A stretch of 64,000 bases of DNA from an uncultured Gemmatimonadales bacterium (GTDB taxonomy: Bacteria > Gemmatimonadota > Gemmatimonadetes > Longimicrobiales > RSA9). The position numbers and the translations under genes were made by a program. The DNA is taken from positions 352,001 through 416,000 of the forward strand of contig CAWCRS010000005.1 in NCBI GenBank assembly GCA_963798085.1, read 5' to 3'. Below the pieces are notes generated by a model, which saw only the letters and a list, made by a program, of their open reading frames with translations, made no database searches and was not told the origin of the DNA. Below are positions 45,159 through 55,775 of the stretch, piece by piece (the stretch's first letter is position 1; each line of letters opens with the position of its first letter).

Positions 45159-45896
45159 TCAGTTGCGCGGCAGCAGGCCCGCCTCCACGAATGACAGGTA
45201 GCAGCCGTCGCCGATGATGACGTGATCCAGCACGGGAATGCCCAGTGTGCGGCCCGCTTCGACCAGCTGTTGCGTGACATCACGATCCATCGGTGAGGGA
45301 GCCGGGTCGCCCGATGGATGATTGTGCACCAGGATGACGCAGGAGGCGCTTTCCAGCACGGCCCCGCGGAAGACTTCGCGCGGGTGCACGACGGCGCTGT
45401 CCAGCGTGCCACGCGTCACCACCACTTCGCGCGTCACCGCGTGGTGCGTGTTGAGCATGAGCACGCGGAACTCCTCCTGCACCTGATCGCGCAGATAGGG
45501 CGCACAGCGATCGTACACATCGCGCGCACCGGTGATGCGGCCGCGCACCTCCGGCTCTTCACGGGCCAGGCGACGACCCAGTTCCACCGCCGCCACGATC
45601 CTCGCCGCCACCGCAGGGCCCACGCCCGGCACGCGCTCCAGCTCGCTCAGCTGCGCCGCGCCCAGCCGGCGCAATGAGCCTTCGCCCCGGCGCAGCAGCT
45701 CACCCGCCACTTCCACGGCCGACTGCTCGCTCGTGCCGCTGCCGATCAGGATGGCGAGCAGCTCGCGGGTGGACAGGGCCGCGGGGCCGGCGCCGCTCAG
45801 CCGCTCGCGCGGACGCTCGCCAGCCGGCCATTCCCTGATGGCATAACGGCGCTCGCGCGCCGTTGCCTGTGCCACCATCCTCCCGGCCCCTGCCAT
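45159..45896 (-). CDS. radC: RadC/JAB-domain protein
   Basis: ERPRERL...LSTRELLAIL, HhH VPGVG, VHPREVF, HNHPSGD, LDHVIIG. Confidence 0.94.
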   Translation of the reverse strand: MAGAGRMVAQATARERRYAIREWPAGERPRERLSGAGPAALSTRELLAILIGSGTSEQSAVEVAGELLRRGEGSLRRLGAAQLSELERVPGVGPAVAARIVAAVELGRRLAREEPEVRGRITGARDVYDRCAPYLRDQVQEEFRVLMLNTHHAVTREVVVTRGTLDSAVVHPREVFRGAVLESASCVILVHNHPSGDPAPSPMDRDVTQQLVEAGRTLGIPVLDHVIIGDGCYLSFVEAGLLPRN

Positions 45897-45966
45897 GGCT
45901 CTCTCTCCCGCGTGTGCCGCACGCCGGCGCCACACGCCGCTTCATCCTGACACGCTGTTAGAAGGC

Positions 45967-48900
45967 TCACGCCTCCATCGCGCCGTGACACTTCTTGTAC
46001 TTCCTGCCCGAGCCGCACGGACACGGATCATTGCGACCCACCTTCTGCTCCCCCTTCGCCGGCGAGGCCTTGGGAGCGCCGCCATTCTCATCGCGATTGG
46101 TGTGCAGCCGGCGCACATCCGGACCCGGAGGCAGCGGCGGCGACGCATGGCGCACGGGTCCGGCCAGCCGCTGGCTGCCGGCAAAAGCCGCGGCCAGTGG
46201 ATCATCTGCTTCCGGCTCCCGCGGCGGCGGCGGCGCCGCCGCTGCACCGTCGGGTCCGCCCGGGCCCGAGAGAATGAGCCGGCGCGGCATGCCCAGGGGT
46301 GGCGGCGGCGGCCGCTGCACCGACAACTGCATACGGAACGTCATCGTGGCGATCGATTTGCGCAGATCGGCCATCAGATCGACGAACATCGAATAGGCTT
46401 CCTGCTTGTATTCGATGAGCGGATCCTTCTGCCCCCAGCCGCGGAATCCGATCGACGCCTTCAGGTGGTCCAGGTCGTAGAGGTGATCGCGCCACTTCTG
46501 GTCGATCACGTTGAGCAGAATGAAGGAGAGCACACCCTCGGTATGTTCGCCGAACGTGGTCAGCTTGCGGCGATACGCTTCGTGCACCTTGTCGACGGCG
46601 AACGTCTCCAGCTCGTGCAGGTCGGCGAACGGCGGTTCCGCCTCTTCGTCGTTCTCCATGGGCAGCTCGGCCACCGCCAGGAAATAATCGAGCTGCAGCC
46701 GGTTGCGCAGGCCGGCCAGGTCCCAGCGGCTGGGCCGTTCATCCGCGGGCGCGAACTCGGCCACACTGGCGCGCACCGTGTGCTCGACGTTCTCCCACAC
46801 CTCGCCCTTGAGGTCCTCGCCGCCTTCCAGCGCGAACAGCCTGCGGTCGTAGATCACCTCACGCTGCTGGTTCATCACGTCGTCGTATTCCAGCAACCGT
46901 TTGCGGGCTTCGAAGTTCTGCGTCTCGACGCGCTTCTGCGCACTGGAAATGGAGCGCGTCACCAGTGCGTGCGTGATGACTTCGCCTTCCTGTGCGCCCA
47001 GCTTCTCCATGATCCCGGCGACCCGTTCCGAATTGAACAGGCGCATGAGATCGTCTTCCAGCGACAGGAAGAACTGCGTGGCGCCGGGGTCGCCCTGCCG
47101 GCCTGCGCGGCCGCGCAGCTGCCGGTCAATGCGCCGCGACTCGTGCCGCTCCGAGCCAATGATGTGCAGGCCGCCGACCTCGACTTCCGTCTCGGTCCGG
47201 ATCGAATCGACCTCGACCGTGCGCCCGGGATCCGGCGATGTGGCAACGCCCGCGGCCTCCACCTCGTGCGCGTCCAGCCACGCGCCATCGCGTGAGGCCG
47301 TCACCCCAACACCGAGTTTGATGTCGGTGCCGCGGCCCGCCATGTTGGTGGCGATCGTGACCGCGCCCGGCAGGCCGGCGCCGGCCACGATCTCGGCTTC
47401 CTGCTTGTGGTACTTCGCGTTCAGCACGTTGTGCGGGATGCCCCGCCGCTTGAGCATGCGCGACAGGGTTTCCGACACATCCACCGAGACCGTGCCCACC
47501 AGCACCGGCAGCTGCATGCGGTTCAGCCGCTCGATCTCGTCCATGATGGAGTTGTACTTCTCGCGCTTGGTGCGGTACACCAGGTCATGGCGGTCATCGC
47601 GGATCACCGGCCTGTTGGTCGGGATGACCGTTACTTCCAGGCCGTAGATCTGGTGGAACTCCGACTCTTCCGTCTCCGCCGTGCCCGTCATGCCGGACAG
47701 CTTGTCATACATGCGGAAGTAGTTCTGGATGGTGATCGTCGCCAGCGTCTGCGTCTCGCCGCGCACGCTCACGCCTTCCTTCGCTTCCACCGCCTGGTGC
47801 AGTCCGTCGGACCAGCGCCGGCCCGTCATCTTGCGGCCCGTGAACTCGTCGACAATGATGACCTGACCATCCTCGACGATGTACTGCTCGTCCCGGCCGT
47901 AGAGCGTGTACGCCTTCAGCAGCTGGTGAATGGCGTGCATCCGCTGGCTCTTTTCGGCGTACTCGCGCTCCAGCCCGGCAATGCGCTCCAGCTTGGTTTC
48001 GGCGGACAGATCGGGATCGCGTTCGATGGTGCCCACGGCCTCCGACAGGTCGGGCACCACGAACGCCTGCGTGTCCGACGGTGACAGCTCGTCGTAGCCC
48101 TTGTCCGAAAGGTGGATGCTGTGCCCCTTCTCATCCATGGCGAAGAACAGCATCTCATCCACTTCGTGCAGCCGCTTCTCGCGCATGAAGTCGGCTTCCG
48201 ACTTCTGCACCAGCTTCTGCAGTGCCGGCTCGTCCGCGAACATCTTGAGCAGCCGCTTGTTCCGGGGCGCCCCTCGCTTCGCCGCTAACAGCCGTGTTCC
48301 GGCTTCGTCCTGCTGACTCTGCTGCAGCTGGCGCTCGGCCTCCGCGATCAGCTCGTTCACGATGCGGGTCTGCTTGCGGTACAGCGAATCCACCGACGGA
48401 TTGTAGCGACGATACTCGTCCGCCTGCTCCTCGCCTACCGGCCCGCTGATGATCAGCGGCGTGCGCGCCTCGTCGATGAGGATGGAGTCGACCTCGTCGA
48501 TGATCGCGTAGTAGTGCCCCCGCTGCACCCGCTGATCCAGCTGGTGCACCATGTTGTCACGCAGGTAATCGAACCCGAACTCGTTGTTGGTGCCGTACGT
48601 GATGTCGGCGTTGTAGGCCTCGCGCCGCTCCGGCGTGCCCGGCTCGTGCAGATCGATGCAGCCGACGGTCAGACCGAGATAGCGGTAGATGGTGCCCATC
48701 CACTCGCTGTCGCGCTGCGCCAGGTAGTTGTTCACCGTCACCAGGTGCGCGCCCCGCCGCGCCAGCGCGTTGAGATACAGCGGCATGGTGGCCACCAGCG
48801 TCTTGCCTTCGCCCGTGGCCATTTCCGCGACCTTGCCCTGGTGCAGCGCGATGCCGCCGATCAGCTGTACATCGTACGGCACCATGTCCCACTTCATGTT

Positions 48901-49293
48901 GAGACCAGTGACGATGATGTCGTGGCCCATCAGCCGGCGGCACGCCTCCTTCACCGTGGCGAAGGCCTCGGGCAGGATCTCGTCGAGCACATCTTCAATG
49001 GCTTCTTTGAGCGTATCCTCCGCACTCCGGATCTCGACTGTCAGCTGCTCGCGCTCGGCCGCGTCTTCCGTGTGGCGCTTCTGATCGCGCAGCCGCGCCA
49101 CGTCCGCTTCCAGCTCGCCAATGCGCTCATGGATGATGCCACGCAGTTTTTCCGTCTGACCGCGCAGCTCCTCCTCCGGCACCGAGGCCAGCTGATCGGC
49201 GATTTCGTTGATCTGGTCCACCAGCGGCGTGAGCTTCCTGACTTCACGCGCATGCCGGTCGCCAACGATCTTCGTTACCAGTGCCTTGAACAT
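45967..49293 (-). CDS. secA: preprotein translocase SecA (long form, C-terminal SEC-C)
   Basis: MATGEGKT, DEVDSILIDEARTPLIISG, ATNMAGRGTDI, GRNDPCPCGSGRKYKKCHG. Confidence 0.98.
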   Translation of the reverse strand: MFKALVTKIVGDRHAREVRKLTPLVDQINEIADQLASVPEEELRGQTEKLRGIIHERIGELEADVARLRDQKRHTEDAAEREQLTVEIRSAEDTLKEAIEDVLDEILPEAFATVKEACRRLMGHDIIVTGLNMKWDMVPYDVQLIGGIALHQGKVAEMATGEGKTLVATMPLYLNALARRGAHLVTVNNYLAQRDSEWMGTIYRYLGLTVGCIDLHEPGTPERREAYNADITYGTNNEFGFDYLRDNMVHQLDQRVQRGHYYAIIDEVDSILIDEARTPLIISGPVGEEQADEYRRYNPSVDSLYRKQTRIVNELIAEAERQLQQSQQDEAGTRLLAAKRGAPRNKRLLKMFADEPALQKLVQKSEADFMREKRLHEVDEMLFFAMDEKGHSIHLSDKGYDELSPSDTQAFVVPDLSEAVGTIERDPDLSAETKLERIAGLEREYAEKSQRMHAIHQLLKAYTLYGRDEQYIVEDGQVIIVDEFTGRKMTGRRWSDGLHQAVEAKEGVSVRGETQTLATITIQNYFRMYDKLSGMTGTAETEESEFHQIYGLEVTVIPTNRPVIRDDRHDLVYRTKREKYNSIMDEIERLNRMQLPVLVGTVSVDVSETLSRMLKRRGIPHNVLNAKYHKQEAEIVAGAGLPGAVTIATNMAGRGTDIKLGVGVTASRDGAWLDAHEVEAAGVATSPDPGRTVEVDSIRTETEVEVGGLHIIGSERHESRRIDRQLRGRAGRQGDPGATQFFLSLEDDLMRLFNSERVAGIMEKLGAQEGEVITHALVTRSISSAQKRVETQNFEARKRLLEYDDVMNQQREVIYDRRLFALEGGEDLKGEVWENVEHTVRASVAEFAPADERPSRWDLAGLRNRLQLDYFLAVAELPMENDEEAEPPFADLHELETFAVDKVHEAYRRKLTTFGEHTEGVLSFILLNVIDQKWRDHLYDLDHLKASIGFRGWGQKDPLIEYKQEAYSMFVDLMADLRKSIATMTFRMQLSVQRPPPPPLGMPRRLILSGPGGPDGAAAAPPPPREPEADDPLAAAFAGSQRLAGPVRHASPPLPPGPDVRRLHTNRDENGGAPKASPAKGEQKVGRNDPCPCGSGRKYKKCHGAMEA

Positions 49294-49472
49294 GATTCCC
49301 GTGTCATTGGGTGGAGACGTGGATGGGCCCGCTCATGTCGCGCAGCCCGGCGCGCGGAACCCCTCTTCGCCCGCGCCCGGCACCTCGTCCGGCCCGCTCT
49401 CGCCTCGATCTGCGGTCCTACCCCGCGGTCCGTGGCCCGGTCCGGGCTGCGGGCGACGTTTTTCCGCTTCCG

Positions 49473-50048
49473 TCAGCGCGTTTCTGGAGCGCTGCGGTAC
49501 AGTCGGTGTCGCTCGATGCACTGCACTACCGGGTCGGGAACCAGGTAGCGGATCGATTCACCGGTGTGCACGCGGCGGCGGATCTCCGTGCCCGATACAT
49601 CGACGCGCGTGACCGCCACGGTCGTGACACCTGCCACAGTGCTGGAGCCCGCCCGTTCCAGCACCACCAGCGTCGACAGCCGCCGGATCTCATCCGGCTC
49701 GTGCCATTTCGGGAAATCCGTGAACTGATCCGCGCCCAGCAGCAGGTACAACGCAGCGTCGGGATGGCGCTCACGGTATGTGCGCAGCGTGTCGACCGTG
49801 TAGGAGGGGCCGGCGCGCACGATCTCCAGCTCGTCAACCTCGAACGACGCGTTACCAGCCACGGCGGCACGCACCATCTCCAGCCGCGCGGCAACCGGTG
49901 AAAGCCCCGCCACCCGCTTGTGCGGTGGCGTGCCCGCCGGAATGAACAGTACGCGGTCGAGCTTCAGCGCGAGCTGTGCGTCCTGGGCAGCAATGAGGTG
50001 TCCGATGTGCGGGGGATCAAAGGTGCCCCCGAAGAGGCCCAGCCTCAC
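49473..50048 (-). CDS. nadD: nicotinate-nucleotide adenylyltransferase
   Basis: GLFGGTFDPPHIGH, PPHK, SYTVDTL, LLGAD, VSGTEIR. Confidence 0.95.
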   Translation of the reverse strand: MRLGLFGGTFDPPHIGHLIAAQDAQLALKLDRVLFIPAGTPPHKRVAGLSPVAARLEMVRAAVAGNASFEVDELEIVRAGPSYTVDTLRTYRERHPDAALYLLLGADQFTDFPKWHEPDEIRRLSTLVVLERAGSSTVAGVTTVAVTRVDVSGTEIRRRVHTGESIRYLVPDPVVQCIERHRLYRSAPETR

Positions 50049-50779
50049 GGAGCCGAGGCGATCGACGCTTCCTTGACCTGCTGCGCCTCCTTGCTGTCGG
50101 GATACTCCTTCAGCAGGCGCTCGCGGGTCTGGGTCGCCTCCTCCGCGTAGCCGATCTTCGTGTAGGACTCGTACAGGCGCAGCAGGGCCCTGGGTGTGGC
50201 TTCCGCGCCCGGATAGTTGTCCAGCAGTTCCTGGAAGTAGATGATGGCGCAGTCCGGGCAACCGCGGCGGAAATAGAAGTCGCCATTCAGGTAGACCTTC
50301 TCCGCCAGCCGGTTCTCCAGCTCGGTGACCATGGTCTTGGCGCGCGCCGCGAACTCGCTCTCCGGATAGGCCGCAGCCATCCCCCGGCATTCCTCGATCG
50401 CCGTGCGTGTGTACTGCTGATCCAGTTCCGGCTTGGGCGACAGCTGGTAGTACGAGTCGCAGACCCCGAAGCGCGCGTCGTCGCCATAATCACCAGTCGG
50501 AAAATCATTGGCCAGACGCGCAAATTCCGAAGCGGCGGTCAGGAACTCCCGCTTACCCGTATAGACCTGCGCCAGACGATAGCGCGCTTCCTGATAGCGC
50601 GCGTGCGTCGGGAACTGCAGCACGAACTGCTCGAGCGCACGCGAAGCCTCGTCCCACTTGTGTGCAGTGGCCTTGTCGATGCCGTACTTGAGCAGAGCAT
50701 CGGCCTCCATCTGCGCTAGCCGTGGCCCGCTCGATGCGCAACCCGCCAGCAGCAGCAGGACCAGCGCGAGCCGCTTCAT
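50045..50779 (-). CDS. bamD: outer-membrane assembly lipoprotein BamD
   Basis: LAGC lipobox, TPRs, SPKPELDQQYT, YPES, LAEK...FY, YP. Confidence 0.88.
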   Translation of the reverse strand: MKRLALVLLLLAGCASSGPRLAQMEADALLKYGIDKATAHKWDEASRALEQFVLQFPTHARYQEARYRLAQVYTGKREFLTAASEFARLANDFPTGDYGDDARFGVCDSYYQLSPKPELDQQYTRTAIEECRGMAAAYPESEFAARAKTMVTELENRLAEKVYLNGDFYFRRGCPDCAIIYFQELLDNYPGAEATPRALLRLYESYTKIGYAEEATQTRERLLKEYPDSKEAQQVKEASIASAP

Positions 50780-50885
50780 ACGTGTTGATTCACCTCTTCA
50801 GAAGCCATGGGAACAGCGGTCTGCTTACCCGGCCCCGTCCGGCCGGGTTTCAAGATCCGGCCAGCGCGGGCGCAGTGCCATGGCA

Positions 50886-51795
50886 TCAGCGGCCACCAGA
50901 GCGGCCGAAGCGCAGCTCGTCGATGCGGCGGCGCGCCCGGTCCACAATCTGGCCCGAACTCGCCTTGTTCAGTTCCAGTACCATGAGGTAGGCAAACATC
51001 GCGTCATCCCGCCGCCCCAGTTCCAGCAGGATCTCACCCTTCTCGAACCACGCTTCGTCCAGCAGGTTCTTGGGCACACCCAGATCGAGCAACGCATTCA
51101 GGTGGGCCAGCGCCTGGTCCGTGTCGCCGTCCTGGTGCTCCCTGCGCGCCAGCGTGAACGCGCAGTTGCCAATGTGCCAGTCGGCGTCTCCGGCCTGCGG
51201 ATCGGCGGGCGCTCGCTGCCGGAAGGCGCGGAAGAAACCGATCGCTTCCGCGCAGTTCCCCTGCGCTTCATGCACCTGCGCAATCTCGAACAGCAGCTTC
51301 GGGATGCTGTCCTTCGGCGACGACGTCAGCGCCCGCTCGTAGTAGTCGAGCGCCTTCGCCGGGTCACCCGTGCTCGCGTAATACCTCGCCAGCGGCACGG
51401 CGAAGTCATCGAGTGGCAGGCCCGGCCGCAGCGCCAGCGCCGCATTGACCGCGCTCGCCAGACCATACCGGTCGGCGCGGTCCCTCGCCCGCATCGCGAC
51501 AGTCACATAGTCGAAGATCGCCTGGTCCGTGTACGCCGGCGTCTTCTGCGATGAGCGTGTCGTACAGCTCGCGCGCCCGCTCGAACTGCCCGGTCTCAAT
51601 GTAGGCGTGCGCCACGCGTACCAGCGTCGGCGCGTCGCGACCCTGACGCAGTGCCAGCCGATACTCGGCCAGCGCCGACGTGTAGTTGGAGTCCGCCCAG
51701 AAATGGTCGCCGCGGGCGAGCGCGGGCTCGGCGGTGCCGCTGCACGCCGCCGCGAGCAGCGCGCACAAAACGAGAATGCCGTACGGGGGACGCAT
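50886..51795 (-). CDS. TPR lipoprotein (indel near 51550)
   Basis: LAAAC lipobox followed by multiple TPRs. Confidence 0.7.
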
Positions 51796-51814
51796 CCTCA
51801 CCCGGCGCGCACCC

Positions 51815-52567
51815 TCACGCTGACGACGCGTCCAGCAGCGCCAGATATGCGGCCACCTGTGCGTTCTCCGCGTCCTGCGCACGACACTCCTCCCATTCGC
51901 GCCTGGCTCCGGACCGGTCGCCCTGGCGGTACAGTGCCAGACCGAGATTCAGCCGGGCCGGCACGAAGCGCGGGTTCCCGGCCAGCGCCATGCTCAACTG
52001 CTCGACCGCACCGGCCAGGTCTCCCACCTGTAGCAGGGATTGCGCCAGCTTGTTCCGGATGTCGTGGAAGCGCGGACGCAGCTCGAGTGCCCGGCGGAAC
52101 TGCGCTGCGGCTTCCAGTGGCGCGCCCGCTTCCACGTAGAGGTCACCCACCTGCGCGTGCGCGTGCGCAAGCCGTGCGGTGATGGCCGCCGGGAAGCGGC
52201 CGGCGACGGCGTACTCGTAATAACCCGCGCGTTCGAAGGCCTGCGCTGCTTCCTCGAAGCGACCCAGCTCGTTCAGCATGAGCGCGCGATTCAGGTGCGC
52301 CTCCACGTACTGGTCGTTGAGCGCCAGCGCTCGATCGAACTCCACCAGCGCCTGCTCCGCCTGTCCCAGAAAACTCAGACAGAGGCCGCACAGGTGGCGG
52401 ATATCCGCAAACTCCGGGTTACTCTCGAGCACACTGCGGAAGTCGGCGAGCGCGGATGTGTAGTCCTTGCGCTCGAAGGCTCGCCGCCCGCGCTCAATGA
52501 TCTCGCGCTGCCTGGTGTCCAGGTGTCGCGAGCCGGAGCGATGGAGCCGCAGCTCGTTACTCGCCAT
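51815..52567 (-). CDS. cytoplasmic TPR protein
   Basis: NPEFADIRH, NDQYVEAHLN, RPRFHDIRNKL, NPRFVPARLNLG repeats. Confidence 0.8.
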   Translation of the reverse strand: MASNELRLHRSGSRHLDTRQREIIERGRRAFERKDYTSALADFRSVLESNPEFADIRHLCGLCLSFLGQAEQALVEFDRALALNDQYVEAHLNRALMLNELGRFEEAAQAFERAGYYEYAVAGRFPAAITARLAHAHAQVGDLYVEAGAPLEAAAQFRRALELRPRFHDIRNKLAQSLLQVGDLAGAVEQLSMALAGNPRFVPARLNLGLALYRQGDRSGARREWEECRAQDAENAQVAAYLALLDASSA

Positions 52568-53891
52568 TATGCCTTGCCCCCGGTTGGCGGACCGGCCCGG
52601 CCAATGCCCTGATACTCGAAACCCAGCCGCGTCATCTGTGACGGCTCGAACAGGTTGCGACCGTCGTAAATGATCGGTTGCCGCATCAGCGCCTTCATGC
52701 GCCCGAAGTCCGGTGTCCGGTACTGTTTCCATTCCGTCACGATGAGCAGCGCGTCGGCGCCCGCCAGCGCGTCGTAGTTGTGCTCGGCATACGTCACGCG
52801 CTCGCCGAACACGCCGCGCGCAGCCTCCATGGCCACGGGATCGTGCACGCTGACCGTGCCGCCGCGCTGCAGCAGTCCGTTCACCACCACGATCGCGGCT
52901 GCCTCGCGCATGTCGTCCGTTTCCGGCTTGAAGCTGAGGCCCCACACCGCGAAGTGCCGCCCGCTGAGTTCTCCGCCGAAGCGGCCCTCCACGCGCTGCA
53001 CCAGCACGTGCTTCTGGCTCTCGTTGACGCGCTCCACGGCTTCCAGGATGCCCGCGTCCACGCCGTTGTCGAGCAGCGTGCGCACCAGCGCCTTCACGTC
53101 CTTGGGGAAGCAGCTGCCACCATAGCCGCAGCCCGGGAAGAGAAACGCCTGGCCGATGCGCGCATCGGTCCGATTCCCTTGCGCACCATGCTCACATCCG
53201 CGCCCACCCGCTCGCACAGTGTCGCCACCATGTTCATGAAGGAGATGCGCGTCGCAAGCATCGCGTTAGCTGCGTATTTCGTGATCTCCGCCGCCGCAAT
53301 GTCCATGAAGATCACCGGATTGCCGGTGCGCACGAAGGGTCCGTACAGCTCGGCCAGCACGTCCCGTGCGTACTCCGAGTCCACACCCACCACCACCCGA
53401 TCCGGCTTCATGAAGTCATCCACCGCGGCGCCCTCCTTGAGGAACTCCGGGTTGGAACATACATGCACCGTGTGGCGCGTGTGCTGCTCGATCGTGCGGC
53501 GCACGATGTTCGCGGTGCCCACCGGTACCGTGCTCTTCGTGATGACCACCTTTTCGCCGTTCATGCTGCGTCCGATCGTCTCGGCCACGGCTACCACGTG
53601 CTGCAGGTCGGCCGAGCCATCCTCGCCCGGTGGCGTTCCCACCGCGATGAAGATCACCGACGACTCACGTACCGCCGCCGGCACATCGGTCCCGAAGCGC
53701 AGTCGGCCGTCGCTCAGGTTGCGTTCCACGATCAGCTCGAGACCGGGCTCGTAGATCGGGATCTCGCCGCGATTGAGGCGCGCAATCTTGCCCGCATCGA
53801 TGTCGACGCAGATGACATCATTGCCGCTGTCAGCCAGACCCGCGCCTACCACCAGTCCAACGTATCCTGTGCCGATGACCGCTACGTGCAT
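52567..53891 (-). CDS. ugd: UDP-glucose 6-dehydrogenase (indel near 53165)
   Basis: [56 protein letters not shown]. Confidence 0.93.
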
Positions 53892-53953
53892 GTCCCTCTC
53901 CAGTACCCGTTCACCGCCAGCATCGCCCTGGCACCGTGTGCGCGCGCGCCGGC

Positions 53954-53982
53954 TTGTGCCCTGCTCCCCCCGTGGATAACCT
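53954..53982 (+). promoter_or_regulatory. sigma70 promoter candidate placing the TSS at the uxs ATG
   Basis: TTGTGC-17 nt-TAACCT, then 7 nt to ATG 53990. Confidence 0.5.
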
Positions 53983-53989
53983 TCTGCTC

Positions 53990-54956
<967 letters not shown>

Positions 54957-54962
54957 AACGCC

Positions 54963-55775
54963 TCAGCCGCGCGCGGGCTTCTCGCTGCCCAGGACGAGCG
55001 CCGGCACGGGGAGCGGCTGCTCGCCGCGCAGCAGCCGCCGCGGATTCGTACTGAGCAGCAGCTCGGCCTGCGTCGCCCCACCAGCTTCCACCAGCAGCGC
55101 GTGATAGTCGCGCACGCGTGGCCGGCCGCGTGCATGATAGTCGCTCCCCAGATAGTCCGCCCAGCCGCGCGCCAGCAGCGCGAGCGCGACCGCGCGCGGC
55201 GCCTCTCCGTATCGCCCGAGAAGAGAGCCGCCGTTCACCTGCAGTCGCGCACCGGCCGCGCGCCATTCCGCCACCACATCCAGTTCCGCATCGATGCCGC
55301 TGTAACGTTCGGGATGGCCCACGAGCGGCGTCCATCCCCGGCTCCGGATCAGGCTGAGCACGCGGTGAGAGCGGGGTGGAACCATGAAGAAGGGAAACTC
55401 GACGAGCACGAAGGGACCACCCGCGAGGCGCAGTCGCGGGTCGTTCAGATCCGGGTCCGCCGTGTCGAGTCGCAGCTCGGCGCCGCGCCGCACGGCCACG
55501 CCTGCTTCCTCTGCGCACCGCTGCAGGTTCTCCCAGCCCAGATCCAGCTCGGCCAGGCGCCCTGCCAGCCCGCCGCGCGTTTCCAGCGCCAGCTCGACGT
55601 GCGGCGTCGCCACCAGGGCACAGACGCCATCTTCCGCCATGGCCGCGAGCGCGTGACTGCTCTCGGCGCTGTCCTGCGCCCCATCATCCACTCCCGGAAT
55701 GAGATGGTTGTGCAGGTCGACGAATCCCGCTCCGCTGATCGTCCTGTTAGCTAGCCCCTGTGCTGGATCAGGCAA
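54963..55775 (-). CDS. CpsB/CapC/YwqE PHP-family tyrosine phosphatase
   Basis: DLHNHLIPGVDDG, VATPH, GAE, LVEF, HPERY, GSDYH. Confidence 0.9.
   Translation of the reverse strand: MPDPAQGLANRTISGAGFVDLHNHLIPGVDDGAQDSAESSHALAAMAEDGVCALVATPHVELALETRGGLAGRLAELDLGWENLQRCAEEAGVAVRRGAELRLDTADPDLNDPRLRLAGGPFVLVEFPFFMVPPRSHRVLSLIRSRGWTPLVGHPERYSGIDAELDVVAEWRAAGARLQVNGGSLLGRYGEAPRAVALALLARGWADYLGSDYHARGRPRVRDYHALLVEAGGATQAELLLSTNPRRLLRGEQPLPVPALVLGSEKPARG

Noticed and set aside
45159..45896. radC as a marker of a mobile element
   Set aside because: Full-length chromosomal type with HhH, sitting among core genes with no change in composition
53971..53979. DnaA-box-like CGTGGATAA
   Set aside because: Single 8/9 match overlapping the -10 element; no box cluster or AT-rich unwinding region
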